A DNA stretch of 64,000 nt. Source: Hyphomicrobium sp. GTDB lineage: Bacteria > Pseudomonadota > Alphaproteobacteria > Rhizobiales > Hyphomicrobiaceae. The notes under the pieces were generated by a model that worked only from the letters and a program-made list of their open reading frames with translations, was not told where the DNA came from and ran no database searches. The stretch is from NCBI GenBank assembly GCA_965222835.1, contig CBDCUQ010000001.1, forward strand, positions 195,925 to 259,924, in the 5' to 3' direction. How positions within the stretch are numbered: position 1 is the first letter of the stretch; the number at the start of each line of letters is the position of its first letter. A program made the position numbers and the translations under genes. Positions 51,986-60,427 of this stretch are shown here, piece after piece.

Positions 51986-52693
51986 TTAGGATGGCTGTAC
52001 TAGAGCCTCAATATCTACGTCGACAAAGTTGGGATTGGCGAAGAACGCACACGGCATCATGACCGGGGCAGGGTTCCCGCCTGGATAATTACAGGGGTTC
52101 CTGTCCTGAAATACTTCGTCGAATACGACGAACGCAAAGTCGCTACAGACCAACCCCCTCGCTTCGTCTTGTGTCGCCGATCTAAATGCGCTTATGTAGC
52201 GGCTGACACGCAACCATAGTCTCGAAACACCGACACAACGGGCAATAGCGTGATAGTCGTACGGGATACCAATACGGCTCTTTGCCGCCTCGACCAAAGA
52301 TTCGTACAGCTCCCCGGTGAGACCAGGAAATCTGATGGCCGAAAACGTCATGCCTTCTTCTAGGAAATCGTTAAGGCCATCTTGTCGCACGCCGCCCGAA
52401 AATTGAGAATCTAACGATGGTTCCGGCGTCGAGTGAACGACGGCGCTCGACCCAACGTAAATGGCAACGTGCGTGAATTTTTTGGATGCCGCCGGAAATT
52501 CTGAGAACTTATTCTGATAACCGACGATAGCGTTTACGGCCTTGTCGCCGCGAGCTGTCAGTATCAGGTCACCTGGCAGCAGCTTCGCATTGAGCCATGC
52601 AAGTGTGGGATTTTCTGAATAGTCCTGTATTTTTCTATTTTTGACAAACACATCGTCGGACATTCCCTTCCCCCGTCGGAAGGGAGACGTCAA
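51986..52693 (-). CDS. Permuted papain-like (YiiX/C92-like NlpC/P60 superfamily) peptidase
   Basis: Order 'LLPGDLIL' ... 'THVAIYVGSSAVVHS' ... 'LVCSDFAFVVF' (His before Cys). About 50% GC, below the flanks. Confidence 0.55.
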   Translation of the reverse strand: MTSPFRRGKGMSDDVFVKNRKIQDYSENPTLAWLNAKLLPGDLILTARGDKAVNAIVGYQNKFSEFPAASKKFTHVAIYVGSSAVVHSTPEPSLDSQFSGGVRQDGLNDFLEEGMTFSAIRFPGLTGELYESLVEAAKSRIGIPYDYHAIARCVGVSRLWLRVSRYISAFRSATQDEARGLVCSDFAFVVFDEVFQDRNPCNYPGGNPAPVMMPCAFFANPNFVDVDIEALVQPS

Positions 52694-52708
52694 TCAATAT
52701 CCGTGCCA

Positions 52709-52999
52709 CTAGCCAACCTGATGATGCTTGTAGTCAGCATCGCAATCACTTGGCGAAACCGTCGCGCGGAGACCCCGACCGCCTCCCTCGTCTCTTTTAA
52801 TTTCGACGATCACAGTGTCGGTTGAGTCTGTCACAAAATAGACTCTCTCCCCGACTCGAAACTTGTCGTTTCCAGCCCTGTAAAATGGATATGCTCGATT
52901 AGCGGAATCGTCCCAGATTATCACTGTGCCATGGGCAAGATTTCTAATAACCTCGCCCATCCTTCCACTGTTCGCTGACGGGGTTGTCACGTGTATCAT
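52709..52999 (-). CDS. Hypothetical small protein upstream of the permuted peptidase
   Basis: 96-aa ORF, 15-nt gap to the downstream gene, same reduced GC. No motif recognised. Confidence 0.4.
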   Translation of the reverse strand: MIHVTTPSANSGRMGEVIRNLAHGTVIIWDDSANRAYPFYRAGNDKFRVGERVYFVTDSTDTVIVEIKRDEGGGRGLRATVSPSDCDADYKHHQVG

Positions 53000-53321
53000 C
53001 CTTTAGCGACGCCAAGCCCAGCAACTACGGTGAAGTGCGCCGGGCCTTAACGCTATCCTTCCTGTAAAATATAATGAAAGTGGGGTCAGTTGGCCACACG
53101 CCGACCTATTCACACTTCCGAGAGATTCTGCGAACAAAACGCTAACACGGTGTTAACTCCCTAACTTGCCTGATACTTTATGCCTTGGCCAGTACCAGCG
53201 GAAGTCCGCCGACGGCTTTCAGCCAACCGCCGGCTCCGCTCCCCTTCTCCCCAAATCTTGACCGCCCGACCGCACCACGCCACGGTCCCGGCCGGAAAAA
53301 ACCGCCAAGGCCGACACCACG

Positions 53322-54248
53322 ATGACCCCGCAACGCGTCGTTTCCCTGATTGCCAGCGCCACAGAAACATTGCACGCCCTCGGATCGGGCGACATGCAAG
53401 TCGGCCGCTCACACGAATGCGATTGGCCCGCCAAGGTTCTCGACCTTCCCGACCTGACGCGCGCCAAGTTCAAGGTCCACGGCGCCACCAGTGCGGAAAT
53501 CGATCGGTCTGTTGAGGAACTCGTCGAGGAGGGCCTCGCCGTCTACGAAGTCGATGCCGCACAATTGAAGGCCCTCGCCCCGGACATCATTCTCACCCAG
53601 GATCAATGCGAGGTCTGCGCCGTGTCCCTCGCCGACGTCGAACGTGCCGTGTGCTCTTGGACCGACAGCCAGGCCGCCATCGTGTCCTTACGCCCGCACA
53701 CCATGCACGACATCTACCAGGACATTGCGCGCATCGCCGACGCCATCGGCAAACCAGAACAAGGCGACACCCTGACAGACAAAATACAGGATCGCCTTCA
53801 GCAAATAGCCAGCATGACAGAAGGACGGCAAAAACCCCGCCTCGCCTTTATCGAATGGGTCGAGCCGCCCATGTCCGGCGGCCATTGGATGCCGGAGCTG
53901 ATTGAAATCGCCGGCGGCGAAAATCTGTTTGGGAAGACGGGCGCCAACTCGCCGTGGATTCAGTGGGACGAGGTCGCAGCAGCCGATCCCGAAGTCATAC
54001 TAGTAGCCCCCTGCGGCTACGACGTCGCCACCACTCTCCGCGAAATGGAGCAACTTCGAACCAATACGGTCTGGAATAACTTAAGAGCCGTGCGCGAAGG
54101 ACACGTGTTCGCCGCCGATGGCAATGCCTACTTCAACCGCCCAGGCCCGCGCCTCGTGGAAAGCGCAGAAATCCTCGCCGAGATCTTGCATCCCGACATG
54201 TGTGCGTTCGATCACAAGGGAACGGCCTACGTACCCTGGACGGCATGA
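53322..54248 (+). CDS. Fe/B12 periplasmic-binding-protein fold (BtuF-like 'cobalamin-binding') protein without a signal peptide
   Basis: 'RVVSLIASATETLHALG', 'PDIILTQDQC' and 'NRPGPRLVESAEILAEILHP'. Confidence 0.7.
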   Translation: MTPQRVVSLIASATETLHALGSGDMQVGRSHECDWPAKVLDLPDLTRAKFKVHGATSAEIDRSVEELVEEGLAVYEVDAAQLKALAPDIILTQDQCEVCAVSLADVERAVCSWTDSQAAIVSLRPHTMHDIYQDIARIADAIGKPEQGDTLTDKIQDRLQQIASMTEGRQKPRLAFIEWVEPPMSGGHWMPELIEIAGGENLFGKTGANSPWIQWDEVAAADPEVILVAPCGYDVATTLREMEQLRTNTVWNNLRAVREGHVFAADGNAYFNRPGPRLVESAEILAEILHPDMCAFDHKGTAYVPWTA

Positions 54249-55099
54249 CGGCTGCGGGCTATGCCCCACCCATGACCCAACGTTCGATTCTCATAACCGG
54301 CTGTTCATCCGGCATCGGCCTGGCGTCAGCAAAGGTTCTCAAAGACCGCGGCTGGCGTGTTCTGGCAACCGCCCGGCAGCCGGAAGATCTCGCCACGCTG
54401 GAACGCGACATCGGCGTTGAGGCCATACACTTGGAACTCGCGGACCCACAATCCATTGCCGCCTGTACCGAAGAGGCGCTCACACGAACGGACGGCCGTC
54501 TCAACGCCCTTTTCAACAATGCGGCGTTTGGACAAGTCGGCGCCGTTGAAGATCTCACCGCCGATGTTCTGCGCCGGCAAATCGAAGTCAACCTCATCGC
54601 CCAACACGACCTCACCCAACGCATCATCCCTGCGATGCGTCGGAACGGTGGCGGCCGAATCGTCCAATGCTCCTCTGTCCTGGGCCTCGTTTCCGTGCCG
54701 TTTCGTGGCGCCTATTGCGCCTCGAAGTTCGCGCTCGAAGCCTTGAGCGATTCGCTCCACCACGAACTCGACGGAACTGGCATACACATTTCTATTATCG
54801 AGCCCGGACCCATCCGCACGCGGTTCGTCGAACATGCGCTCGCCAACCTCAAGGCCACAGTCGACTTCGACCACTCGCCCCATGGCGAAACCTATCGTGC
54901 GCGGCTTGCGGCGATGGAGCAGGGGGGTAAATCGCTTTTCAAGCTCGAACCGGAATCCGTGGCCTGGAAGTTGGTGCACGCGGTGGAAAGCAAGCGCCCC
55001 AAACGCCGGTACTACGTCACCGTACCGACCTATATTGCAGCTTGGGCGAAAAGACTTCTGCCGCCCACCGCCGCCGACTGGATCGTCAAACGCATCTGA
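54245..55099 (+). CDS. SDR family oxidoreductase
   Basis: 'ILITGCSSGIG', 'NNAA' and 'YCASKFAL'. ATGA overlap with the upstream gene. Confidence 0.9.
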   Translation: MTAAGYAPPMTQRSILITGCSSGIGLASAKVLKDRGWRVLATARQPEDLATLERDIGVEAIHLELADPQSIAACTEEALTRTDGRLNALFNNAAFGQVGAVEDLTADVLRRQIEVNLIAQHDLTQRIIPAMRRNGGGRIVQCSSVLGLVSVPFRGAYCASKFALEALSDSLHHELDGTGIHISIIEPGPIRTRFVEHALANLKATVDFDHSPHGETYRARLAAMEQGGKSLFKLEPESVAWKLVHAVESKRPKRRYYVTVPTYIAAWAKRLLPPTAADWIVKRI

Positions 55100-55133
55100 G
55101 CCAATCAATTTCAGGCAGCTTAGGCTTTCCCGT

Positions 55134-55342
55134 GCACATCCCCCTCCCCTTGATGGGGAGGGGCGAGGGGTGGGGTGAAGAGACCGGGGGTGGGGCGAAG
55201 AGACAAACGAATTGCTTACGAGAAAAGGGCGTGAAGTTCGGGGCACCGTAGCGACACTGCATCCGATTGCGAACTTAGCCCCGCACCGACAACGCGTGGC
55301 GCACTCCCCCCACCCCAACCCCTCCCCACCAGGGGGAGGGGC
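55134..55342. repeat. Inverted REP doublet (REPIN-like), left copy
   Basis: 55140-55162 is cccctcccc-ttgat-ggggagggg, followed by ...ggggtggggtga. 55298-55342 is the inverted version, ccccccaccccaacccctcccc-accag-ggggagggg. Confidence 0.8.
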
Positions 55343-55704
55343 TTTTGAGGATGCAGCGCCCACTGCCTACTGCCGATGGCCCATTGCCTACCGCCTACGA
55401 CTTGCGGTCCACAGCCATCGTTTGCTGTCAGGGGTAAAGCGGAATTGAAGCGGACGTCGCCGCGAGGCTCGCTTCTGACTCGATTCGGAAATCGCCTTCT
55501 CGTGACACATTGCGGCGCATCAAAAACACGATCAACATGAAATGCCCCTGGCGGGCTATAATGGGCCGTCGGCCTTTTGCAGGCTTCTACAGATTTGCGG
55601 TTCCGTTTTTTAAATGTTAGACGGTTCGTACTTGTACACTTCAGGTGTCCCTCGTCAGCAATAGTGAGGCAGTTTGAGACGAATCAGGCTTGGAGGTTTT
55701 AATA

Positions 55705-56367
55705 ATGCGCAAGATGGTTTTTGGGTTTCTATTATTGGTAATTTCAATTTACTTTCCACAAATCGCTAAAAGTCAATCCAGATGCGAATGCACGTCAAGC
55801 AATTGGGTAGGTGATTGCAATGCAAGAATTTCTCTCAAGGGAAACTGGATCAAGCTAAGATCCAGTACAAATCAATGCTCTCGAATTCACTGGTATGCAA
55901 ATGAGGACCCGCAAATTACAATAGTAACTGATGGCAGTGAGTTGGTCGAATGGCTTGGTCAAGATAAGAACCCCAACTTATCAATATCGGATTGCAAAAT
56001 ATGTAAGGATCGCAAATATACAGAGAGTAGGTCCAAGCAAGACGGTCAAGAATCTAATCTAGAACAACTATTTTCCGGAACGTGGCATCACAGTAGCAAA
56101 AACGCCGGAAATCTTACGATAGATATTACTGGCGGAAAGCAGTTTCAGCACTCTGCGAGTTATGGAAACAACGGCTCATGCAAGGACTCTGGAAGCGGCT
56201 CTATTCAGAATGGATCCTTTATTGTCAAGACTACCGGAAGCTGCAGGTTCAATATCGGGGCCGGTTCGAGCATTTCGCGAAATTGGACTTGGAAGTGTTG
56301 GTTAGAAGGCCAGAATGTCTTGTTATGCAGTCCGGGCTCCGCCAAACCGATTCGTTACAACAAGTAA
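55705..56367 (+). CDS. Secreted Cys-rich hypothetical protein (about 40% GC)
   Basis: GGAGG SD 7 nt upstream. Signal peptide 'MRKMVFGFLLLVISIYFPQIAKS'. Roughly 10 Cys. No recognised domain. Confidence 0.55.
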   Translation: MRKMVFGFLLLVISIYFPQIAKSQSRCECTSSNWVGDCNARISLKGNWIKLRSSTNQCSRIHWYANEDPQITIVTDGSELVEWLGQDKNPNLSISDCKICKDRKYTESRSKQDGQESNLEQLFSGTWHHSSKNAGNLTIDITGGKQFQHSASYGNNGSCKDSGSGSIQNGSFIVKTTGSCRFNIGAGSSISRNWTWKCWLEGQNVLLCSPGSAKPIRYNK

Positions 56368-56399
56368 AAGGACAGGACGTTCTCACCTGACCGCTCATG

Positions 56400-57930
56400 A
56401 GATGAGAGGGTGTATCTTAAATTGCAGCCCATCAACCCCCAACTGGACGGATTTTGTAGATATTGCTGATTGAAATGGCATGGGTTGCTGCGTGCAGCCT
56501 GCTTATTTTTCGATACTCTTTGGGTGCCTGCCCACAATGTAATTATCCAGTTTACATGCGAAAATAAAAAATGGCCCATTTGCTCTTGAATTGAGCGTCG
56601 CCATGCTGGCCAAGCAATGTGATGGCTTCGGTGCAGACATTGAACAAACTTCCGCTCTTGATGCTGTGGACGGCTCCTCCACCGGCATCATTGAGTGCCA
56701 AGATGGTTGCTGTTGAAGTCACCATCGAAAGAGGATCCGTCCATGAAAGAGGTTACAACAATTGGGCTGGATACGGCCAAGTCTGTTTTTCAGGTTCATG
56801 GCGTTGATGCCGCGGGCAACGTCATCTTGCGCAAGCAGTTGAAACGGCGCCAGGTTCTATCTTTTTTCAGTAAACTTCATCCTTGCTTGATTGGTCTGGA
56901 AGCCTGTTCGGCGGCGCATCACTGGTCCCGTGAACTGTCCCGGCTGGGGCATGCGGTTCGCCTCATTCCACCGCGCTATGTCAAGCCGTACGTGAAGAGC
57001 CAGAAGAACGATGCAACCGATGCGGAAGCCATCTGTGAAGCGGTGACCCGCCCTAACATGCGCTTTGTGGCGACAAAGTCGTGTGAACAACAAGCCTTGT
57101 TGATGCTCCATCGTACGCGACACCTGCTCATCCGGCAAAGAACAGCAACCATTAATGCCTTGCGCTGTCATCTTGCCGAGTTCGGTATCGTAGCCGGTGT
57201 CGGCCGCAACGGCGTCGAGGCCTTACTCAAAGTGATTACTGATAAGACTGACGCACGCATTCCTGACGTCGCGCGCGATTGCTTATTCGGCCTTGGAGAG
57301 CAACTTGAAAGTATCAAACACCAGGTCCGTGTTCTTGATGCCAAGATCATGGCGGCTCACAGGACCAATGAGCTCAGTCGCCGACTGGAAGCGATCCCGG
57401 GTGTTGGACCGCGCGTCGCAACAGCCCTTGTTGCCAGCATTGCTGATCCCAAAGCGTTCCGGTCTGGGCGGCAGATGGCGGCCTGGATCGGGCTTGTTCC
57501 CAAACAGAATTCGTCTGGCGGGAAAGACAAGCTCGGTGGTGTTACCAAGGCCGGTGACCGATACTTGCGCTCTATGCTCATGATAGGTGCGCTGTCGGTC
57601 ATCAAGCGCGTCAAACAATTAGGATACACACACCGACCATGGCTCGCGGAGCTGATGGCCCGGCGCCCCATCAAGGTCGCTGCAATTGCTCTCGCCAACA
57701 AAATCATCCGCATGGTTTGGGCGATGATGGTGCGTGGTGAAACTTATCGTGAGCCACGGGCTTTGACTGCTTAGAGAATACAGCAGAGTTCAGGCTCTGT
57801 TGTGCAAATTGGGAAGGACAACTGCTTGTAATGCGAAAGCCGGTCGTCTCGGCGATCAGGACACCCCAAATGGGCCAGAGCATCTTTGAATGCGTGCTTT
57901 TGACCGGGACCTGATCTCAGCGGAGAGCAT
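56400..57930 (+). mobile_element. IS110-family insertion sequence (ends not determined)
   Basis: Transposase ORF with about 340 nt of upstream and about 150 nt of downstream non-coding sequence. IS110 elements lack classical inverted repeats, so the coordinates are approximate. Confidence 0.45.
56743..57774 (+). CDS. IS110-family transposase (DEDD/RuvC-like + Tnp domain)
   Basis: 'IGLDTAKSVFQVHGVD', 'IGLEACSAAHHW', 'KNDATDAEAICEA' and 'IPGVGPRVATALV...GLVPKQNSSGGK'. Confidence 0.9.
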   Translation: MKEVTTIGLDTAKSVFQVHGVDAAGNVILRKQLKRRQVLSFFSKLHPCLIGLEACSAAHHWSRELSRLGHAVRLIPPRYVKPYVKSQKNDATDAEAICEAVTRPNMRFVATKSCEQQALLMLHRTRHLLIRQRTATINALRCHLAEFGIVAGVGRNGVEALLKVITDKTDARIPDVARDCLFGLGEQLESIKHQVRVLDAKIMAAHRTNELSRRLEAIPGVGPRVATALVASIADPKAFRSGRQMAAWIGLVPKQNSSGGKDKLGGVTKAGDRYLRSMLMIGALSVIKRVKQLGYTHRPWLAELMARRPIKVAAIALANKIIRMVWAMMVRGETYREPRALTA

Positions 57931-58188
57931 TATGGCCAGCGGCCTCGCTGATATGCCGCATCAACAGGCCGGATACATGGCTGCACCGACCAGCTGAGCA
58001 GACAAAAAAGAAAGTCCTTGCCAAACCGGAGCCGTCCATACATGGCCCATCGCTGACCTTTCGTTCCATCGTGCAGAACGTCCGCTTTAAAGTTTCGAGC
58101 CGGCACCAAGAATCTAATCCCGGCCTCCAAAACCTCCCCCATACCTCCTCGATCCCGCCGCACGTAGTTGCGCCTATGGTGCCGCACT

Positions 58189-58506
58189 CTGCACATTCCC
58201 CTCCCCTCGATGGGGAGGGGTGCGGGGTGGGGTGATGAGACAGGCGGTCGATCGAAGATGCGAGATGGTGCGTGCCTTGTCCCGTCGAATCCTGGGCCCG
58301 TTGAACCCTGGATCCCGGGGTCAAGCCCCGGGATGACAAATACTAATGTCATCCCGGCATTCAATGCCGGGATCCAAGGTACCTCCACCGCGACAATCAG
58401 AATGCGGGCACGACGCTTACCGCAGTGCTGATTTGAGCGCGGACCCAAGACAGCAACGCGTGACGCACTCCCCCCACCCCAACCCCTCCCCGCCAGGGGG
58501 AGGGGC
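58189..58506. repeat. Inverted REP doublet (REPIN-like), right copy, with nested 'ATCCCGG' palindromes
   Basis: 58189-58240 matches 55134-55203. 58463-58506 matches 55298-55342. 58306-58337 and 58348-58378 are an inverted pair of the 48408-type palindrome. Confidence 0.8.
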
Positions 58507-59063
58507 TTAACGCTCTATTCCAAGAATCTTATCCCCGCTCCCAAAACCCACTTCATACTTCCCCGATCCCGCCGCACACGACCAGGGCCCAGGCTCGAGC
58601 TGGGAGTTTGGGAGCAGCGGGAGCGTGCCAGATACGCCATGCCCCTTCAGTGGTCATGGGGGCCGCTGCCGGTTGTGAGGCAACTCACAATCCAACTGCC
58701 GTAACGATGCGCGGCAGGGATGGTATGCCAACGGTCCGAAAAGGGGGCCCACCCCCGTTGCACGCGATAGAGCGGTGAAGGCCGCATCTATCTTTTCTTG
58801 TACGAGGCGTCACCGCTCTATCCCCTGTGAGGGGATGCTCTTTGACAATCAGAATTGAGATTGCTCCAGCGCATAACGAACTTTGGAGCCAATTGCGCAT
58901 GCCATATCCGCGAAGCGGGCCGCAGGCCCGAGCGCACGCGCGGACTTGCCGTGAGCAAAATAGAAACGCGCGCAGGGTTGGCGTGGCGGCTGCGCGCAAG
59001 AAGAAATGGCGCCGCCCCCACGCAGGCCCGAGCGCAAGCGAGGAACAGCCGTGACCGAAAAAA

Positions 59064-59639
59064 CTAATCCGAGCGTGCTTCAGCAACGACCACGGACCAC
59101 CACGGGCCTTCGCCCGAGCCGAACAGCGACTCCCAATACCACGCGGACACATCGGACCAACTTTTCCCAGCATCGGCATGAATGCCTTCGCAAACCGTCA
59201 ACGTCTCGCCGGCACGCCGGGCACGAAAGCAGCCCATATGCCGACCCAGAGCATCCGTCTGCAGCGGAATGGGATCGATGGTGTAACCCAAACCCCGGAA
59301 GCAGTCGCTGGCCGGATGCAACTTGCGCGTCGGCGCGGCGACCCACCGCAAAACAATCTCGCGCTTGCCATCGCTAAACCTTCCGATCCGTCCCGGAAAG
59401 CCTTCGACAAACGCAACCTCACGCGCTGAAAGCGGCAGCTCTTTAAGTGGCGCACCTTCATACATTGCGGGCCAACCCGGAAAGTCATCGTGTCCACTAT
59501 TCGAACCGCTACCTCCCGGCCGCGCGGCAAGCGGCGCAACAGCAGCGGCGAACGCGGCTGCAGCAAACGCGAGACGAGACCAGAGGGAATACGGCATTGT
59601 TCGGACACGCACCGGTTGATATCTCGGATATAGACTCAT
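59064..59639 (-). CDS. EpsI-like exosortase-associated protein
   Basis: N-terminal hydrophobic anchor. 'KLHPASDCFRGLGYTI' resembles the EpsI 'H-(S)P-x2-C-x-x-G-x-G-W/Y' motif as I recall it. ATGA overlap with the exosortase gene. Confidence 0.55.
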   Translation of the reverse strand: MSLYPRYQPVRVRTMPYSLWSRLAFAAAAFAAAVAPLAARPGGSGSNSGHDDFPGWPAMYEGAPLKELPLSAREVAFVEGFPGRIGRFSDGKREIVLRWVAAPTRKLHPASDCFRGLGYTIDPIPLQTDALGRHMGCFRARRAGETLTVCEGIHADAGKSWSDVSAWYWESLFGSGEGPWWSVVVAEARSD

Positions 59640-60427
59640 GCCACGGCCCCGCGCGACGCCCGCGGCGTCAATGACCAGAGGAGAACGCCGGCCGCCAGCA
59701 CGAACGACACAACACCGATCGTTTCGTGAAGCTGCTCGCTCGACCCACCCGGCGACATCGCATTAAGATGAAGAAGGCAGGAAACTCGAAGCACATTCCC
59801 GGCGACGGCAAGACCGGTGGCAATCACAGCGGCCCGCACAGTAGCAACAACGTCCGCATGCCGCACCGTCGAGATCATGAAGGACAATAACAGCAGCGCC
59901 CATAACGCCGTCACACCGCTGCACGGCGCATCGAATTGCGCCATCTCTCCGTTCTGCATCACGTACGTGCCCTGGCGTACAACGCTCATTCCCTGAAGAT
60001 TGAGAAGCCCGACGGTCAGCGTGGCCGCGACAAGACGCATCGGATAGCCGAGAACAAATTGCAGCGATGGCAGCACCGGCAACGCAAGCACAACAAGCCC
60101 ATAGAAACCCAGCGGTGGCTGTCGCCCGAACACAGCCAAGTAGAGCGTCAGGAGCACGGTAAGCACGGCCACAGCCGCGCGGACAATAGGCGGCAGGAAG
60201 AACGCCGCCACGGCATACGCAAGAAACAGAACAACAATCGGCGCGAGCGGCACCTGATGCAGTCGCCCTCCTGTCTTCAACCGCGGCAACGCCAGCGCGA
60301 ATAGAAACGCAACAGCGAGCACAAGAGACAACGCCTCTTCCGGCGTCGCCGAAACACGCACGCCATACCAGCGCCAGCTGTCCCAAAAAGCCGCAGCTAC
60401 AAGCAAGCAAAGAACCAGAGGATGCAT
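59636..60427 (-). CDS. Exosortase/archaeosortase-family transpeptidase
   Basis: About 8 TM helices. Conserved-triad candidates 'FDAPCSGVTALW' (Cys), 'GNVLRVS' (Arg) and 'LHETIG' (His). Confidence 0.75.
   Translation of the reverse strand: MHPLVLCLLVAAAFWDSWRWYGVRVSATPEEALSLVLAVAFLFALALPRLKTGGRLHQVPLAPIVVLFLAYAVAAFFLPPIVRAAVAVLTVLLTLYLAVFGRQPPLGFYGLVVLALPVLPSLQFVLGYPMRLVAATLTVGLLNLQGMSVVRQGTYVMQNGEMAQFDAPCSGVTALWALLLLSFMISTVRHADVVATVRAAVIATGLAVAGNVLRVSCLLHLNAMSPGGSSEQLHETIGVVSFVLAAGVLLWSLTPRASRGAVA

Noticed and set aside
53000-53321. A possible cobalamin riboswitch upstream of the BtuF-like gene.
   Set aside because: Only vague resemblances were seen ('GGTGTTAACTCC', 'GGCCAGTACCAGCGG'). I could not find the conserved GGGAA...GCCACTG / B12-box arrangement or adequate spacing. 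It would need cmscan with RF00174 to revisit.
54326-55363. A 345-aa minus-strand ORF.
   Set aside because: It is antisense to the well-supported SDR gene and runs through REP repeats, translating as 'PSPSRGGG' and similar. This is a typical high-GC antisense artefact.
57917-58448. ORFs 57917-58339 and 57930-58448 as genes.
   Set aside because: They are largely translations of REP palindromes ('PSPSRGGE', 'VIPGLDPGI'). Only a short segment may be a transposase relic, which is reported separately at low interest.
58685-59179. A 164-aa minus-strand ORF downstream of the exosortase cassette.
   Set aside because: It overlaps the 3' end of the EpsI-like gene and consists of translated repeat sequence. 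It has no coding signature.
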